Positions 46,383 through 57,800 of a DNA stretch of 62,160 nucleotides are shown piece by piece. The position numbers and the translations under genes were made by a program. Where the stretch lies: contig JBEKEO010000007.1 in the NCBI GenBank assembly GCA_050013795.1, positions 1 to 62,160 of the forward strand. The letters are read 5' to 3'. This stretch comes from Bacteroidales bacterium (GTDB taxonomy: Bacteria > Bacteroidota > Bacteroidia > Bacteroidales > CG2-30-32-10). Below the pieces are notes generated by a model that saw only the letters and a program-made list of their open reading frames with translations, made no database searches and was not told the origin of the DNA. Position 1 is the first letter of the stretch; each line of letters begins with the position of its first letter.

Positions 46383-48503
46383 ATGAAAAAAATTACAATT
46401 TTATTAAGCGCACTACTGATGCTTTTGTTCGTTTGCGAACTAAACGCACAGGTGCCGCAGGCATTCAATTACCAGGCAGTGGCAAGGGATGCCGGAGGTT
46501 TCCCTATTGTAAGTCATGCTATCGGGGTGCAATTTTTGATCCACAAAAGCTATTCACTCGGAACTGTTGTTTACAGCGAAACACAAACAACCTCCACTAA
46601 CCAGTTTGGATTATTTACATTGCAGCTTGGACAGGGAACACCTGTTATAGGTACGTTCAGCGCAATAGGCTGGGCAGGCGAAGATTATTGGCTGGAGGTT
46701 CAGATAGATCCTTCGGGCGGTTCCAGTTATACATCTATGGGCGCATCGCAATTATTATCGGTACCTTATGCCATGTATGCCGATAATGCAGGGTCAGGCG
46801 GAAGCACCGGACCTACCGGACCAACAGGACCATCCGGCAATGATGGAAGTAACGGACCTACAGGTTCTACAGGCCCAACCGGAAGTGGTATGGGAGCCAC
46901 GGGTCCAACAGGTTCAACTGGAGCTACCGGTCCTACCGGAAGCGGTATGGGACCCACAGGCCCTACTGGACCAACAGGAACAGGTACAACGGGAGCTACA
47001 GGCCCTACGGGCCCCACAGGCGCAGGTTCAGTATCTGGTACTACTAATTATATTGCAAAATTTACTTCAGGCACCGCTCTTGGCAATTCACTTATGTATG
47101 ATGATGGCTCCCGCATCGGAATAGGGACAGCATCTCCTGCTAACATACTGGATATTTTAACATCAGGAACTACAACACTTGGCTTGAGATCATCTACAGG
47201 TACATCATATTTTAATATTGATAAAAAAAATTCCACCGATGCTGCTTCACTTTATTTAAGCACCAATGGTTCATTAAAATGGATAGCAGGATCCTATAAT
47301 TCCGATGACTTCAGGATCGTCAACTGGCCTAACGGCAACAATTCAAATTACGATTTTTATATCAGCGGAGCGAACGACCGCATTGGTTTTGGTACCGGCA
47401 CTCCTTCTTCCAGAGTTGAAATATCCGATCCGAACACCGCTTTTCTTGGTGTTACAGCTACCAACACAGGTGGCTACGCCGGAATTACTATTGCAAAAGG
47501 TGCGACAACATCCAGTTCCAACGGATATATTCAATACAAAACAGGTTCAACCAATAATTGGTTCGCGGGTATGATAAAAAATGATGACTATGCCATTAGC
47601 CAAAATTTCACTGCTGCCGATGGGGCTTTTTATATTAAAAAATCTAAAGGTAATGTTGGAATAGGTACCACTACACCTAATGATTCCGCACAGTTGCAGG
47701 TATTTTCACATCACCCTGTTGCAGGTTATTTTTCAACAGATACAACCGATGGTATCGCAGTTTTTGGTCAAAGTGATGGTATCGCAGTTCTTGGTAAAAG
47801 TAATCCGCCATCTGGAAATGGAATTGGTGGTCAATTTCAGTCTAATATGTATGGAGTGTGGGCTTATGCTAATTGGTCAAGTACTGCGTATTCTGTTACT
47901 GGCGTTTATGCGGAAGGTGAAAACACGGCAATTGGTGGTGGGGGAATCGGAGTATGTGGTTATGGTTATGCCAATGGGACCGGCGGAATATCTTCTGGTG
48001 TTAGTGGTGATGCTGAAGGACAAGGGACAAATTATGGCGTTTATGGTCGTGCCTCTGGGGGAGTAACAAATTATGGACTATATTGTAATGGTAGCGGAGC
48101 TTATACCGGTAACTGGACACAAGTTTCTGATAAAAAGTTCAAGGAAAATATAGAAACTTACCGTGGTGCATTAGATAAAATAAAACAAATAGAAACATAT
48201 ACTTACACATTCAGGAAGGATGGGGAATCAGCATTGATGCAGCTTTCGGAAGGGCCGCAAATAGGATTTATTTCGCAACAGATGGAAACTGTATTTCCAA
48301 ATCTTGTGCGCAACGATGTTAATGCTATTCCTTCAAAAGAACGCAAGGGAAAACCTACTGTCATCAATTATAAAGGAGTAAATTACATTGGCATGATACC
48401 TGTTCTTACACAGGCTATAAAAGAACAGCAGGTAATTATTGAATCTCAGCAAACAGAAATAAATGATCTGAAAGCAAGGTTAGATAAGCTGGAAAATAAA
48501 TAA
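46383..48503 (+). CDS. Secreted collagen-like (Gly-X-Y) fibre protein with a C-terminal tail-fibre intramolecular chaperone (peptidase S74) domain
   Basis: 706 aa. Signal peptide [22 protein letters not shown], then [19 protein letters not shown]... triplet repeats (about nt 46790-47030). C-terminal [10 protein letters not shown]...[16 protein letters not shown]...[18 protein letters not shown] plus a coiled coil, typical of endosialidase-type autochaperone domains. Confidence 0.85.
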   Translation: MKKITILLSALLMLLFVCELNAQVPQAFNYQAVARDAGGFPIVSHAIGVQFLIHKSYSLGTVVYSETQTTSTNQFGLFTLQLGQGTPVIGTFSAIGWAGEDYWLEVQIDPSGGSSYTSMGASQLLSVPYAMYADNAGSGGSTGPTGPTGPSGNDGSNGPTGSTGPTGSGMGATGPTGSTGATGPTGSGMGPTGPTGPTGTGTTGATGPTGPTGAGSVSGTTNYIAKFTSGTALGNSLMYDDGSRIGIGTASPANILDILTSGTTTLGLRSSTGTSYFNIDKKNSTDAASLYLSTNGSLKWIAGSYNSDDFRIVNWPNGNNSNYDFYISGANDRIGFGTGTPSSRVEISDPNTAFLGVTATNTGGYAGITIAKGATTSSSNGYIQYKTGSTNNWFAGMIKNDDYAISQNFTAADGAFYIKKSKGNVGIGTTTPNDSAQLQVFSHHPVAGYFSTDTTDGIAVFGQSDGIAVLGKSNPPSGNGIGGQFQSNMYGVWAYANWSSTAYSVTGVYAEGENTAIGGGGIGVCGYGYANGTGGISSGVSGDAEGQGTNYGVYGRASGGVTNYGLYCNGSGAYTGNWTQVSDKKFKENIETYRGALDKIKQIETYTYTFRKDGESALMQLSEGPQIGFISQQMETVFPNLVRNDVNAIPSKERKGKPTVINYKGVNYIGMIPVLTQAIKEQQVIIESQQTEINDLKARLDKLENK

Positions 48504-48525
48504 TCTGTTTACTTTTCATATTATA

Positions 48526-48556
48526 ATCCCCTTGCATTTTGCAGGGGGATTTTTTG
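48526..48556. terminator. Hairpin terminator between the convergent fibre and receptor genes
   Basis: atccccttgc-atttt-gcagggggat followed by ttttt (one mismatch in the stem). Confidence 0.65.
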
Positions 48557-48603
48557 TGCTATTAAATAGAAATAATAATTACTTATCTTTCGGCTATAAA
48601 TAG

Positions 48604-51081
48604 TTAATACTTACTATTTATAGGAACAATCACTTTAAAGCCTATATTCCTGCCCATATTATAAATGCCGCTTCCGGGGCCTGAAACATTAACGGGATTG
48701 CCTTCATGATTGATGTAGAAATCCATATATTTCAGTCTGCTCATGTTCGACTGGTATGCCACATTGGCAATATTATTTGCCGAAATATCAATGCTGAACA
48801 ATACTTTACCTGATTTATTTGTAATATCGGCGCCTATCCCTGCTCCAAGCAAAGTGTAACCGGGTGTAACGGTTTCGGTATTGTTAGCCAGATAAGCCCT
48901 GGTCTGTGCTGCAAAATAATCCAATTGAACCTTTGCATAAACAGAAGAGAAATGTTTGAACTTTTTCTTAACATTCGCTCTTAGTTCCGAATGCCAGTGC
49001 AGAGGCGGAATAAATGGCAGGTACTTTGAACTGTCGGTTACATGTATGCCATTTCCACCTAAGTTCTCGGCATAAATTACTGACACTTCATTCTCGAAAT
49101 GCAGCCAGTCCCAAGGATGCGGGTGAATATCAAAACTCACTTCGCCGCCGTACAATTCGGCATGCGACTGTTCGAACTTAAAATAAGGTATCTGGCTGGT
49201 GTAGTTCGAATCCTGTCCATCGCGCTTTAGTAAACGCTGGTTAAAAATATAGTTATCAATATTATTGTTGAACAATTCAACGCTTCCATTGGCATACTTT
49301 GATGAAAAGAAGATGCCAATATCTTCCTGCAAACTGAATTCCGGTTTGAAATCAGGATTACCGATCTGGTACATGGCAGTTCCGGGATGCACGCCATTAG
49401 CCGATAACTCGGAAATATTAGGCGCCCTGAAACCACGTGCAACATTTGCCTTGATAAAGAATTTCTCAGAAATATTATACGTAGCGCCCATGCTACCCGA
49501 AACACCCGAAAAGGTGTGCTTGTAATTCGGAAATGTTTGTTTTGCTCCTGCTGTATCGGGCAAAGTAACCTGCTCATCAAAGCCAGTTTGAGGATTTGTA
49601 TTTGTAAACATCTCCTTATTGTTGAAGAAACGGTTGTCGTACCTGACTCCTGCGCTTACTTCCAGTTTATCAAACGACTTTTTAACATGGGCAAAAGGGC
49701 CTATTTCGAAAAGATTATAATCGGGAATGATGAATTCAGTACCTTTATTCAGATTATTCTGCAGCATGCCATTGATGCCGACTGTTGCTGCCCATCCATT
49801 CATTTCAGGCAGGTAATATTTAACATCATAGGTGAATGTATTCAGTACAAGGTCAAGTCCAGGAGTTTCCAATGCCTGCGGATGACTGTACTCCCTGTGG
49901 TCGCTTTGCTGCCAGCCAACATTCACTTCAAGTTTACCAGAACCTATAATAAAATTATTCAGCGAAGCAATGCTAAAATGCTGCACATGTTGATGAAGGG
50001 GAGTTATCTTATATGACTTTGATTCCGAATTTGAAACAACAGGCCTTGCTGTATCAGCTTCGGTTATCTGTTTTGTAAATTTATTCGTTGCCGAATCGCG
50101 GCTTCCATCTGGTATTTCAGGCTTATCATCAAAAAGGGAAATGTTAAGATGCGAGTATCCCCACTTTTTATTCAATCCCACATAACCGTTTGCATCCGAT
50201 TCATTATAGGCAGTGCCGAACACTCGGCCGTCTATCTTATCCTGGTAATTGGTGGCTTCTTTATGGGATATCCTTCCACCCCAGATAACACCGTTCTTAT
50301 TTCCTGCAAGTGAAACAGAACTTCCATTCAATCCATTGTTCGTTTGATATTCTGCAAGGAAATTTCCTTTAATAGTGTTATTAGGCACAGGTGGAGCAGA
50401 AATAAGGTTTACAACTCCCGCCAGTGCATCGGAACCATAAATAAGGCTGGCAGGACCTTTCACCACTTCAATTCTGTCGGTGGCATACTCATCCATTTCA
50501 ACGCCATGCTCATCACCCCATTGCTGTTCTTCCTGGCGAACACCATCTACTAAAGTTAAAACACGATTATATCCAAGCCCGTGAATAAAAGGTTTTGAAA
50601 CATTTGGAGTAGTTGTAACAGCACTTACACCTGGCAGATTAGCAATAGCATCAATAATATTGGTGCTTATGCCCTGATCAATCTCTTTCCTGTCAATGGC
50701 AACAAGAGGAACTGGGTTTTTCTTTATCTCAGTGGCGTTTGATATTCCTGTAACAACAACTGCATCCATTTCTGCAACAGACTCTTCCATTTTAAAATCC
50801 ATCGAATTAGTATTTCTCAAGTCTATGAACCTATTAAGGATTTTATATCCAAGGAAACTTACCTGAACCAAAACCTTTGTTTTAGGAAGATTGTTTATTT
50901 CATAAAGACCTGCAGTATCTGTAATTGCTCCTGTTTTAAGATCGGGAATGTAAACAGTAACACCGGGCAAGGCTTCACCGCTTTTAAAGTCGCTAACCCT
51001 GCCGGTAAGTACATTCTGCGACTGTGTTCCACGGCCAAATACAATTAAAATAAATAATGATAATATGATATTCTTTGACAT
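48604..51081 (-). CDS. TonB-dependent outer-membrane receptor with an N-terminal CarboxypepD_reg-like domain
   Basis: 825 aa. Signal peptide, LTGRVSDFKSGEALPGVTVYI, plug region (IEVVKGPASLIYGSDALAGVVN) and a long beta-barrel ending in an aromatic residue (SKY). Confidence 0.9.
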   Translation of the reverse strand: MSKNIILSLFILIVFGRGTQSQNVLTGRVSDFKSGEALPGVTVYIPDLKTGAITDTAGLYEINNLPKTKVLVQVSFLGYKILNRFIDLRNTNSMDFKMEESVAEMDAVVVTGISNATEIKKNPVPLVAIDRKEIDQGISTNIIDAIANLPGVSAVTTTPNVSKPFIHGLGYNRVLTLVDGVRQEEQQWGDEHGVEMDEYATDRIEVVKGPASLIYGSDALAGVVNLISAPPVPNNTIKGNFLAEYQTNNGLNGSSVSLAGNKNGVIWGGRISHKEATNYQDKIDGRVFGTAYNESDANGYVGLNKKWGYSHLNISLFDDKPEIPDGSRDSATNKFTKQITEADTARPVVSNSESKSYKITPLHQHVQHFSIASLNNFIIGSGKLEVNVGWQQSDHREYSHPQALETPGLDLVLNTFTYDVKYYLPEMNGWAATVGINGMLQNNLNKGTEFIIPDYNLFEIGPFAHVKKSFDKLEVSAGVRYDNRFFNNKEMFTNTNPQTGFDEQVTLPDTAGAKQTFPNYKHTFSGVSGSMGATYNISEKFFIKANVARGFRAPNISELSANGVHPGTAMYQIGNPDFKPEFSLQEDIGIFFSSKYANGSVELFNNNIDNYIFNQRLLKRDGQDSNYTSQIPYFKFEQSHAELYGGEVSFDIHPHPWDWLHFENEVSVIYAENLGGNGIHVTDSSKYLPFIPPLHWHSELRANVKKKFKHFSSVYAKVQLDYFAAQTRAYLANNTETVTPGYTLLGAGIGADITNKSGKVLFSIDISANNIANVAYQSNMSRLKYMDFYINHEGNPVNVSGPGSGIYNMGRNIGFKVIVPINSKY

Positions 51082-51160
51082 TCTTTTGAATATTACTACT
51101 AAAAATTACAAGATCCTGAAGAGAACCTTGCATGAAAAACTTAAAATCAAATTGAAATAG

Positions 51161-51490
51161 TTAAACCGGGAAAGTTTCTTCGGGAGGTGCCCTCAGGTTA
51201 AAATAACTGGAGAATGGAATAATGAAAGAAAACTGCCTGTATGGCAAAATGGATTGTTCAATAAATGAAACAGGCAGCAGAAAAGCTTTATGCTGGAAGA
51301 TATAATTGGGAGTATTGTAATTTAATATCTGGCAATGATGGTGAATATTTGCAATAGTAACATCCTTGCTGGTAATATCATGGGTGTCGTCGTGCCCGTA
51401 AAAATTGTGAATGTACTCCTTGGGAACAATAAATAATGATATTGCAAGCAATAGGAAAACGGCAATATATTGTCTTATTCGGAATAACAT
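51161..51490 (-). CDS. Small His-rich membrane-anchored protein upstream of the receptor gene (possible metal-related partner)
   Basis: 109 aa. N-terminal TM helix, then HNFYGHDDTHD and IHHHCQ motifs. Co-oriented with the receptor gene and 79 bp upstream of it. Confidence 0.4.
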   Translation of the reverse strand: MLFRIRQYIAVFLLLAISLFIVPKEYIHNFYGHDDTHDITSKDVTIANIHHHCQILNYNTPNYIFQHKAFLLPVSFIEQSILPYRQFSFIIPFSSYFNLRAPPEETFPV

Positions 51491-51633
51491 CAGGCTGTTA
51501 TTAGATGATTAAACATAGTTGATAATGCTGCAAATGTAAGTCATTATACTGCTTCTATACAAAAAAGTTAACTATAATTAACTTTTTAATAACATTAATT
51601 CTTTGAGAAAACATAGTTAAGGGCATTTACCAC

Positions 51634-51663
51634 CTTGAATAGATTAAAAATTATTTACTTTTG
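51634..51663 (+). promoter_or_regulatory. Candidate Bacteroidota sigma-A promoter (-33 CTTG / -7 TActTTTG)
   Basis: TACTTTTG at 51656-51663 matches TAnnTTTG. CTTG lies 18 nt upstream (51634-51637). The promoter lies inside the TTG-started ORF from the track, which favours ATG 51689 as the true start. Confidence 0.35.
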
Positions 51664-51688
51664 TCGGATTGAATTAAATCAAATAATC

Positions 51689-53167
51689 ATGATACAAATC
51701 GTTAACAAAATTGTAAACCCCGATGTGAGGAAGAAAGCCATTAACCGCTTTCGTGAAAAAGGAATAGTGTTACCTACATTTGCTCAAATGAGGAATCCCG
51801 ATCTTATTCCCGAAAAGATAAAGAATAAGTTAAAGAATATAGGTCTTTGGGAACTTAATCCACTTAATCTTTTTCGCATCAACTGGCATAACGAACCTAA
51901 GGAAAAAGGCGGTTTGTATGGCGGAGTGAACTATATCGAAATACCGAAAGCCATTACTGGTGTTGATGCACGCATTGTTCTTATAGTCGGCAAATGGTTC
52001 CCAACGGGAGCGCATAAAGTTGGTGCTGCATATGGTTGCCTTGCACCTCGTATTATCTCTGGAGAATTTGATCCGACCTATCATAAAGCAGTTTGGCCTT
52101 CAACAGGAAATTATTGCCGTGGAGGCGCTTTCGATTCGTACCTGATGGGTTGCACTGCTGTTGCTATTCTTCCTGAAGAAATGAGCAAAGAACGTTTTGA
52201 CTGGTTAAAAGAAATAGGCGCTGAAGTGATTGCCACACCCGGTTGTGAATCGAATGTGAAAGAGATATATGACGCTTGCTGGGATATTCGTCGTAATAGG
52301 AAAGACTGTATCATTTTCAATCAATTTGATGAATTCGGAAATCCTTGCTGGCATTATAATGTTACAGGTTATGCATTGAATGAAGTATATAATAAAATTA
52401 AAGGAGCAAAGTCAAAATTTGCAGGATATATTTCTGCAACAGGTTCTGCAGGAACTATTGCCGGCGGTGATTATCTGCGCACTGTTCATCCAGAAATTAA
52501 AGTTGTGGCATCCGAAGCACTGCAATGCCCTACCCTATTAATGAACGGATTTGGCGGTCACCGCATTGAAGGTATAGGCGACAAACATGTTCCATGGGTT
52601 CATAATATTAAAAATACCGATGCCATAGCAGCTATTGATGATGAGGATTGCATGAGGGTATTCAGATTGTTTAATGAAAAAGAAGGAAAAGCTTATTTAA
52701 AATCAGCAGGCATAGATTCAGCTGTGATAAATTCTCTTGAAGTTCTCGGAATTTCCGGAATATCGAATATGTTATCTGCTATCAAAACTGCAAAACTTTT
52801 CGAAATGACATCCGATGATGTATTAATGACAATTGCTACTGATTCGGCTGTAATGTATCAGTCACGACTTGAAGAACTCACAAAAGAAAGAGGAAGCTAT
52901 AATACAACACAAGCTATAAAAGATCATGAAAAATGTTTGTTTGGAACCAAAGCCGATTATATCAAAGAACTGACATATACTGACAGGAAAGCTATTCATA
53001 ACCTTAAATATTTTACATGGGTTGAACAACAAGGCAAGGAAATAGAAGACCTGAACCAACTATGGTATGACAGAGAATTATGGCGCCAGATATTTCATCA
53101 AAATGAAAAACTGGATGAAATGATCAACGAATTTAATACGGAAACAGGTGTGTTGAAAAATTTATGA
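51689..53167 (+). CDS. PLP-dependent enzyme, fold type II (tryptophan-synthase-beta/cysteine-synthase superfamily), long form
   Basis: About 492 aa from ATG 51689. FPTGAHKVGAAYG contains the candidate PLP lysine. STGNYCRGGA and SATGSAGTIAGG are glycine-rich phosphate-binding loops. Confidence 0.72.
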   Translation: MIQIVNKIVNPDVRKKAINRFREKGIVLPTFAQMRNPDLIPEKIKNKLKNIGLWELNPLNLFRINWHNEPKEKGGLYGGVNYIEIPKAITGVDARIVLIVGKWFPTGAHKVGAAYGCLAPRIISGEFDPTYHKAVWPSTGNYCRGGAFDSYLMGCTAVAILPEEMSKERFDWLKEIGAEVIATPGCESNVKEIYDACWDIRRNRKDCIIFNQFDEFGNPCWHYNVTGYALNEVYNKIKGAKSKFAGYISATGSAGTIAGGDYLRTVHPEIKVVASEALQCPTLLMNGFGGHRIEGIGDKHVPWVHNIKNTDAIAAIDDEDCMRVFRLFNEKEGKAYLKSAGIDSAVINSLEVLGISGISNMLSAIKTAKLFEMTSDDVLMTIATDSAVMYQSRLEELTKERGSYNTTQAIKDHEKCLFGTKADYIKELTYTDRKAIHNLKYFTWVEQQGKEIEDLNQLWYDRELWRQIFHQNEKLDEMINEFNTETGVLKNL

Positions 53168-53389
53168 TTTAGTTTATAAATAATTTTTGACATCTGTTAT
53201 CCTGTAAATATTAAAAAAATTAATATAAGCAATAAAAAATCTAAGACAATTTATTTTGGCACAATATATGATGTTGAAAAAGTAATGATAACAGTATTTT
53301 TTGATTTGGTTAAACAAATAAAAAGGGATATTTTTGTAACATTATACCGATAATGAACCGGATTAGAAACTGTTAAATAAAAGAATTGC

Positions 53390-53527
53390 ATGAAAAAATT
53401 ATTTAAAGCAACAATGATTATATTACTCCTATCATTCCTTGCTACCGGTATTTCCTGCAGAAGCCATAAGACATGCAGGGCAATGAGATTTCATAACAGC
53501 GACATTAGCAGGGGTCTTGCTCATTGA
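53390..53527 (+). CDS. Possible 45-aa lipoprotein (below the ORF-track cutoff)
   Basis: MKKLFKATMIILLLSFLATGISC... is a signal peptide with a lipobox-like Cys. No other support. Confidence 0.25.
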   Translation: MKKLFKATMIILLLSFLATGISCRSHKTCRAMRFHNSDISRGLAH

Positions 53528-53553
53528 GTATTCCACAGAATTTAGTACCTTTG
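53523..53553 (+). promoter_or_regulatory. Candidate promoter (-33 ATTG / -7 TAccTTTG) for the thrC-like/molybdoenzyme operon
   Basis: TACCTTTG at 53546-53553. ATTG at 53523-53526 with a 19-nt spacer. Confidence 0.35.
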
Positions 53554-53575
53554 ATTTCTTTTTTATTTATTCCTT

Positions 53576-54832
53576 ATGAAAGATAAATTCTTTTATGAGT
53601 GCATTGACTGTGGCAGGACTTATGATTCTTCGGAAATTATTTATCTCTGCAAAGAATGTTCAATACACAATAACTCTATTACTCCCCCTAAAGGCGTACT
53701 TAAAACTATATACAACTATAAAGAAATAAGTAATCATTTATCCGGTGATTTATTTTCTCTACTTGAGAAGAACAAGTTTCTTGATCTTCTTCCGTTAAAC
53801 TCAGTAAAAAGTTTACCTTATTTAAAGGTTGGAAATACTCCGCTCTATAATGTTTTATCCTTAAATTTAGATGAAGATCCGTTTGGTTTCGAACTTTTTC
53901 TTAAAGATGATTCTCAGAATCCCACATTTTCATTTAAAGACAGGGCTTCAGCCATAGTATCAGCTTTTGCAAAAGAACATAAAACAGATACAATTGTTGC
54001 TGCTTCGACTGGAAATGCAGGTTCATCCCTTGCAGGTATATGCGCTGCCCAGAAACAAAAAGCTATTATCTTTGTTCCTGCGGCAGCACCAAAAGCGAAG
54101 CTTACACAAATAATAATGTATGGGGCGCAAATAGTTCCCGTAGACGGAACCTACGATGCGGCTTTTGATTTAAGTATAGAAGCAACAAAAAAATATGGTT
54201 GGTATAATCGCAACACAGCATTTAATCCATTAACGATTGAAGGAAAGAAAACCGTTTCATACGAATTGTTTTCACAACTTAATCAAAAGATACCTGACAG
54301 AATATTTATTCCGGTTGGAGATGGAGTGATCATTTCAGGTGTTTATAAAGGATTTGAAGACTTACTTAAACTAGGAATAATTGACAAGATCCCAACTATA
54401 GTGGCTGTTCAGGCAATTGGCAGTAGTAATATCGTTAATAATATTGATAAGCATAATTTTGTTTCCACGCCAAGTAAAACGCTGGCAGATTCTATATCTG
54501 TAGATATACCAAGAAATTATTGGATGGCAAAAAAGTATATTAAGGATTTCCATGGAGAAACAATTTTGGTTAGCGATGAAGAAATTATTGCCGCATCAAA
54601 AGTTCTAAGCAGCAGAACAGGAATATTTGCTGAGCCTGCAGCAAGTGCTGCATTTGCAGGATTTCTGAGTTACTACTGGAACGGACGATTTGAAAAAGGA
54701 AGTAAAAATGTTGTTCTTCTAACAGGAAGCGGCTTAAAAGACCTGAATGCCGTGCAGAAGATAATTGATATTCCGGCTCCTGTAAAACCGGATATAGATT
54801 CCGTTGATAAGTTTTTAGCAAAGAGAAAATAA
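53576..54832 (+). CDS. Threonine-synthase-family PLP enzyme with an N-terminal zinc ribbon
   Basis: 418 aa. CIDCGRTY...CKEC zinc ribbon, PLP-lysine motif FSFKDRAS, STGNAGSSLA loop. Confidence 0.8.
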   Translation: MKDKFFYECIDCGRTYDSSEIIYLCKECSIHNNSITPPKGVLKTIYNYKEISNHLSGDLFSLLEKNKFLDLLPLNSVKSLPYLKVGNTPLYNVLSLNLDEDPFGFELFLKDDSQNPTFSFKDRASAIVSAFAKEHKTDTIVAASTGNAGSSLAGICAAQKQKAIIFVPAAAPKAKLTQIIMYGAQIVPVDGTYDAAFDLSIEATKKYGWYNRNTAFNPLTIEGKKTVSYELFSQLNQKIPDRIFIPVGDGVIISGVYKGFEDLLKLGIIDKIPTIVAVQAIGSSNIVNNIDKHNFVSTPSKTLADSISVDIPRNYWMAKKYIKDFHGETILVSDEEIIAASKVLSSRTGIFAEPAASAAFAGFLSYYWNGRFEKGSKNVVLLTGSGLKDLNAVQKIIDIPAPVKPDIDSVDKFLAKRK

Positions 54833-54838
54833 GCAAAC

Positions 54839-57800
54839 ATGCATAATATAATTGGGAAAGAAGTAACCCGCGTTGATGGTTACGAAAAGGTTATGGGGAA
54901 AACATTGTATGGTGACGATATTAAACTGCATGGATTATTGCATGTTGCAAATCGCTATACTGATATTCCTGCTGGAAAAATCAAAAACATTGATATTTCC
55001 AAAGCAGAGAAAATGGAAGGTGTTGAAGCCATCGCTCTTTTTAAGGATATTACGGGAAAGAAACGTATAGGTCCAATCCGCCAGGATCATTATGTATTAG
55101 TGGATGATGAGGTTTTTTATACAGGAGATGTTATTGCTATAGTTGCCGCCAAAACAATGGAACAGGCTTGTGCGGCTGCTGATGCTATCGACATTACTTA
55201 TGACCCTATTGAAGGAATATTTGATCCAGCCGAAGCAATCAAACCAACATCACGCCCGATACATTCTGACTTTAAAAGCAATGTGGTAAATCATTACCCG
55301 CTGGTAAAAGGAGATATTGAAAAAGGTTTTGCTGAATCGGACCAGGTCATTGAAAAAGAATACAGAACAGGTTTTCATGAGCATGCTTATATAGAACCCG
55401 AAACTGTAACCGTTGTACCTGACCCGGCATCAAAGGGATGTAAAGTGTATGGTTCCATACAAAATCCTTTTACTACAAGAAGAATGGTTGCTGCATTTAT
55501 GGGTTTGAATTTAAACCAGATAAATGTTCTTGGCTCTACCCTTGGCGGCTCTTTCGGCGGTAAAGATGATATCATTAATTGCATGGCTTGTCGTTGCGCC
55601 CTACTTTCAAAGCTAACAGGAAAGCCTGTAAAATTGACCTACACAAGAGAGGAATCAATAAAGGAAAGTTATAAACGCCATCCATATATTTTAAATTATA
55701 AAGTTGGATTTACTAATAATGGCAAGCTGAAAGCGATGAAGATTGATATTATCGCTGATAGTGGCGCATATTCATCTCAAAGCTTTTTTGTAACCTGGCG
55801 TTCAGTGGTTCAGGCTACCGGTCCTTATGAAATAGAAAATGTTCAGACAGATATTCGCAGCGTTTATACCAACAACCCTTATACCGCAGCATTCAGAGGT
55901 TTTGGTTCGCCGCAGATCATTTTTGCTCAGGAATCATTGATGGATGAGATTGCAGCTATTTGCAATTTATCACCGCTTGAAATTCGCAAGCTCAATGGCT
56001 TTAAACAAGGCAGTGTAACTGCCAGCGGGCAGGTGCTTTCAGAACACAAGGTTGCTCTTGATGAAGTGATCGATATTGCCATTGAAAGATCAGCGTACGC
56101 CAAAAAACTTGAAGATTTCAAGAAATTAAATAGTACAAGCGAAAGATATAAATACGGAATAGGATTTGCCTGTAGCTACAGGGGATGTTCATTAGGCGCC
56201 GAAGGTACAGATGCCACATCTGCAATCGTTTCTGTTCAAGCCGATGGAAGCATATATGTTTTAGCCGGACTCAATGAGAATGGTCAGGGTATGCGAACTA
56301 CATTTTGCCAGATTGCCGCGGAAGTGTTAGGCGTAAAATTTGAAAATGTTCTTTTCCTGGAACCTCAAACAGCTACTGTTCCTGATGGTGGTCCCACAGT
56401 AGCTTCGCGTGCAACATTGACCGGCGGTAATGCTGTAATTGATGCAGCGCAAAAAATTAAGAAAACCATTTTTGAAGTAATAAAAGATGATTTAAAAGCT
56501 TCTAATATCAATGAACTGGAATGGAAAGATGGAATGATCTCACTAAAAGAACCTCTCCCTGGAATTTACCCGATATCCTTTGAGAAAGCTGTAGAGAGAT
56601 CATTTAGGGCGGGAGTTAATCTTTCTGCTTATGGCTGGTTTAAAGCTCCTGATGTGAGCTGGCATGAAGAAACAGGGCAAGGCAATGCTTATTTCACTTA
56701 TGTGTATGCCTGCCAGGTAGCTGAAATAAAAGTTGATACTTCAACAGGAAAACTGGAAGTGTTAAAGGTAACTGCTGCTCATGATGTCGGTAAAGTGATC
56801 AATAAACTTGGTATAGAAGGACAGGTTTATGGTGGTATTGCGCAAGGAATCGGTTATGCGATACTAGAGGATTTTAATGTGCTGCAAGGAGTTGTAAAAT
56901 CTTCCAACCTTGATGAGTACCTTCTTCCGACCATAAAAGACATCCCTGTCATAGAAGCGATACTTGTTGAAAACGAAGACAAATATGGGCCTTTCGGCGC
57001 AAAGAGCATAGGCGAACCTACGCTGGAGCTTGCATCAGCCGCAATTAACAATGCAGTGAAATTCGCTACAGGGAAGAACTTTTATCAGATACCACTAACA
57101 CTTGAAAGGGTTTATTTGGGAAAACATCTGTCAAAACCCAGCAGGCAAAGCGAAGCAGGACTTGTGATCAAGAAAAGGAAACAGGCTCCCCGTGTTTCAA
57201 ACATTTCGATGATAAGTCCAAAAACATTGAAAAAAGCTTTGTCGCTGATAAATGAAGAATATAAAATCATTGCTGGTGGAACAGATGTTATCATTGAACT
57301 CAGAAAAAGAAATGAAACCGAAAAATTGCTCGACATTTCTCAATTGCAGGAATTGAAAAGAATCAAAAAAACTAAAAATTCCATCGTAATTGGAAGTGGA
57401 GCTTCGGTGACATCAATTATAGGGAACAAAGCAATAATAAAGAATTTTCCTATACTTATTGATGCTTGTTCTCTGATAGGTTCCAAGCAGATACGTAACA
57501 GGGCAACATTCGGGGGCAATATAGTGAATGCAGCTCCCTGTGCCGATTCTGTGCCCCCTTTGATACTTTATGATGCAAAGGTTGTTTTGCAAACCAAAGA
57601 TGGGCAAAGAGAAGTTTCGGTTAAGGATTTTGTTGTGAAAAATTATCAGACACAGATAAAACCAAACGAGATACTCACGTCTATTGTTATTCCGCTTCCT
57701 CAAAAGAAATACTACCATAGCTATTATCAATTGGGAAGAAGAAATGCCGTGAATATTACCCGTATGAGCGTGGGTGCAATGATCGCATTTGATATGGAAA

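Noticed and set aside
46766-47124. 83-aa minus-strand ORF and 118-aa alternative plus-frame ORF over the collagen-like tract.
   Set aside because: The GGN-CCN-ACN triplet repeats keep other frames open. The Gly-X-Y frame, continuous with a signal peptide and the S74 domain, is clearly the real one.
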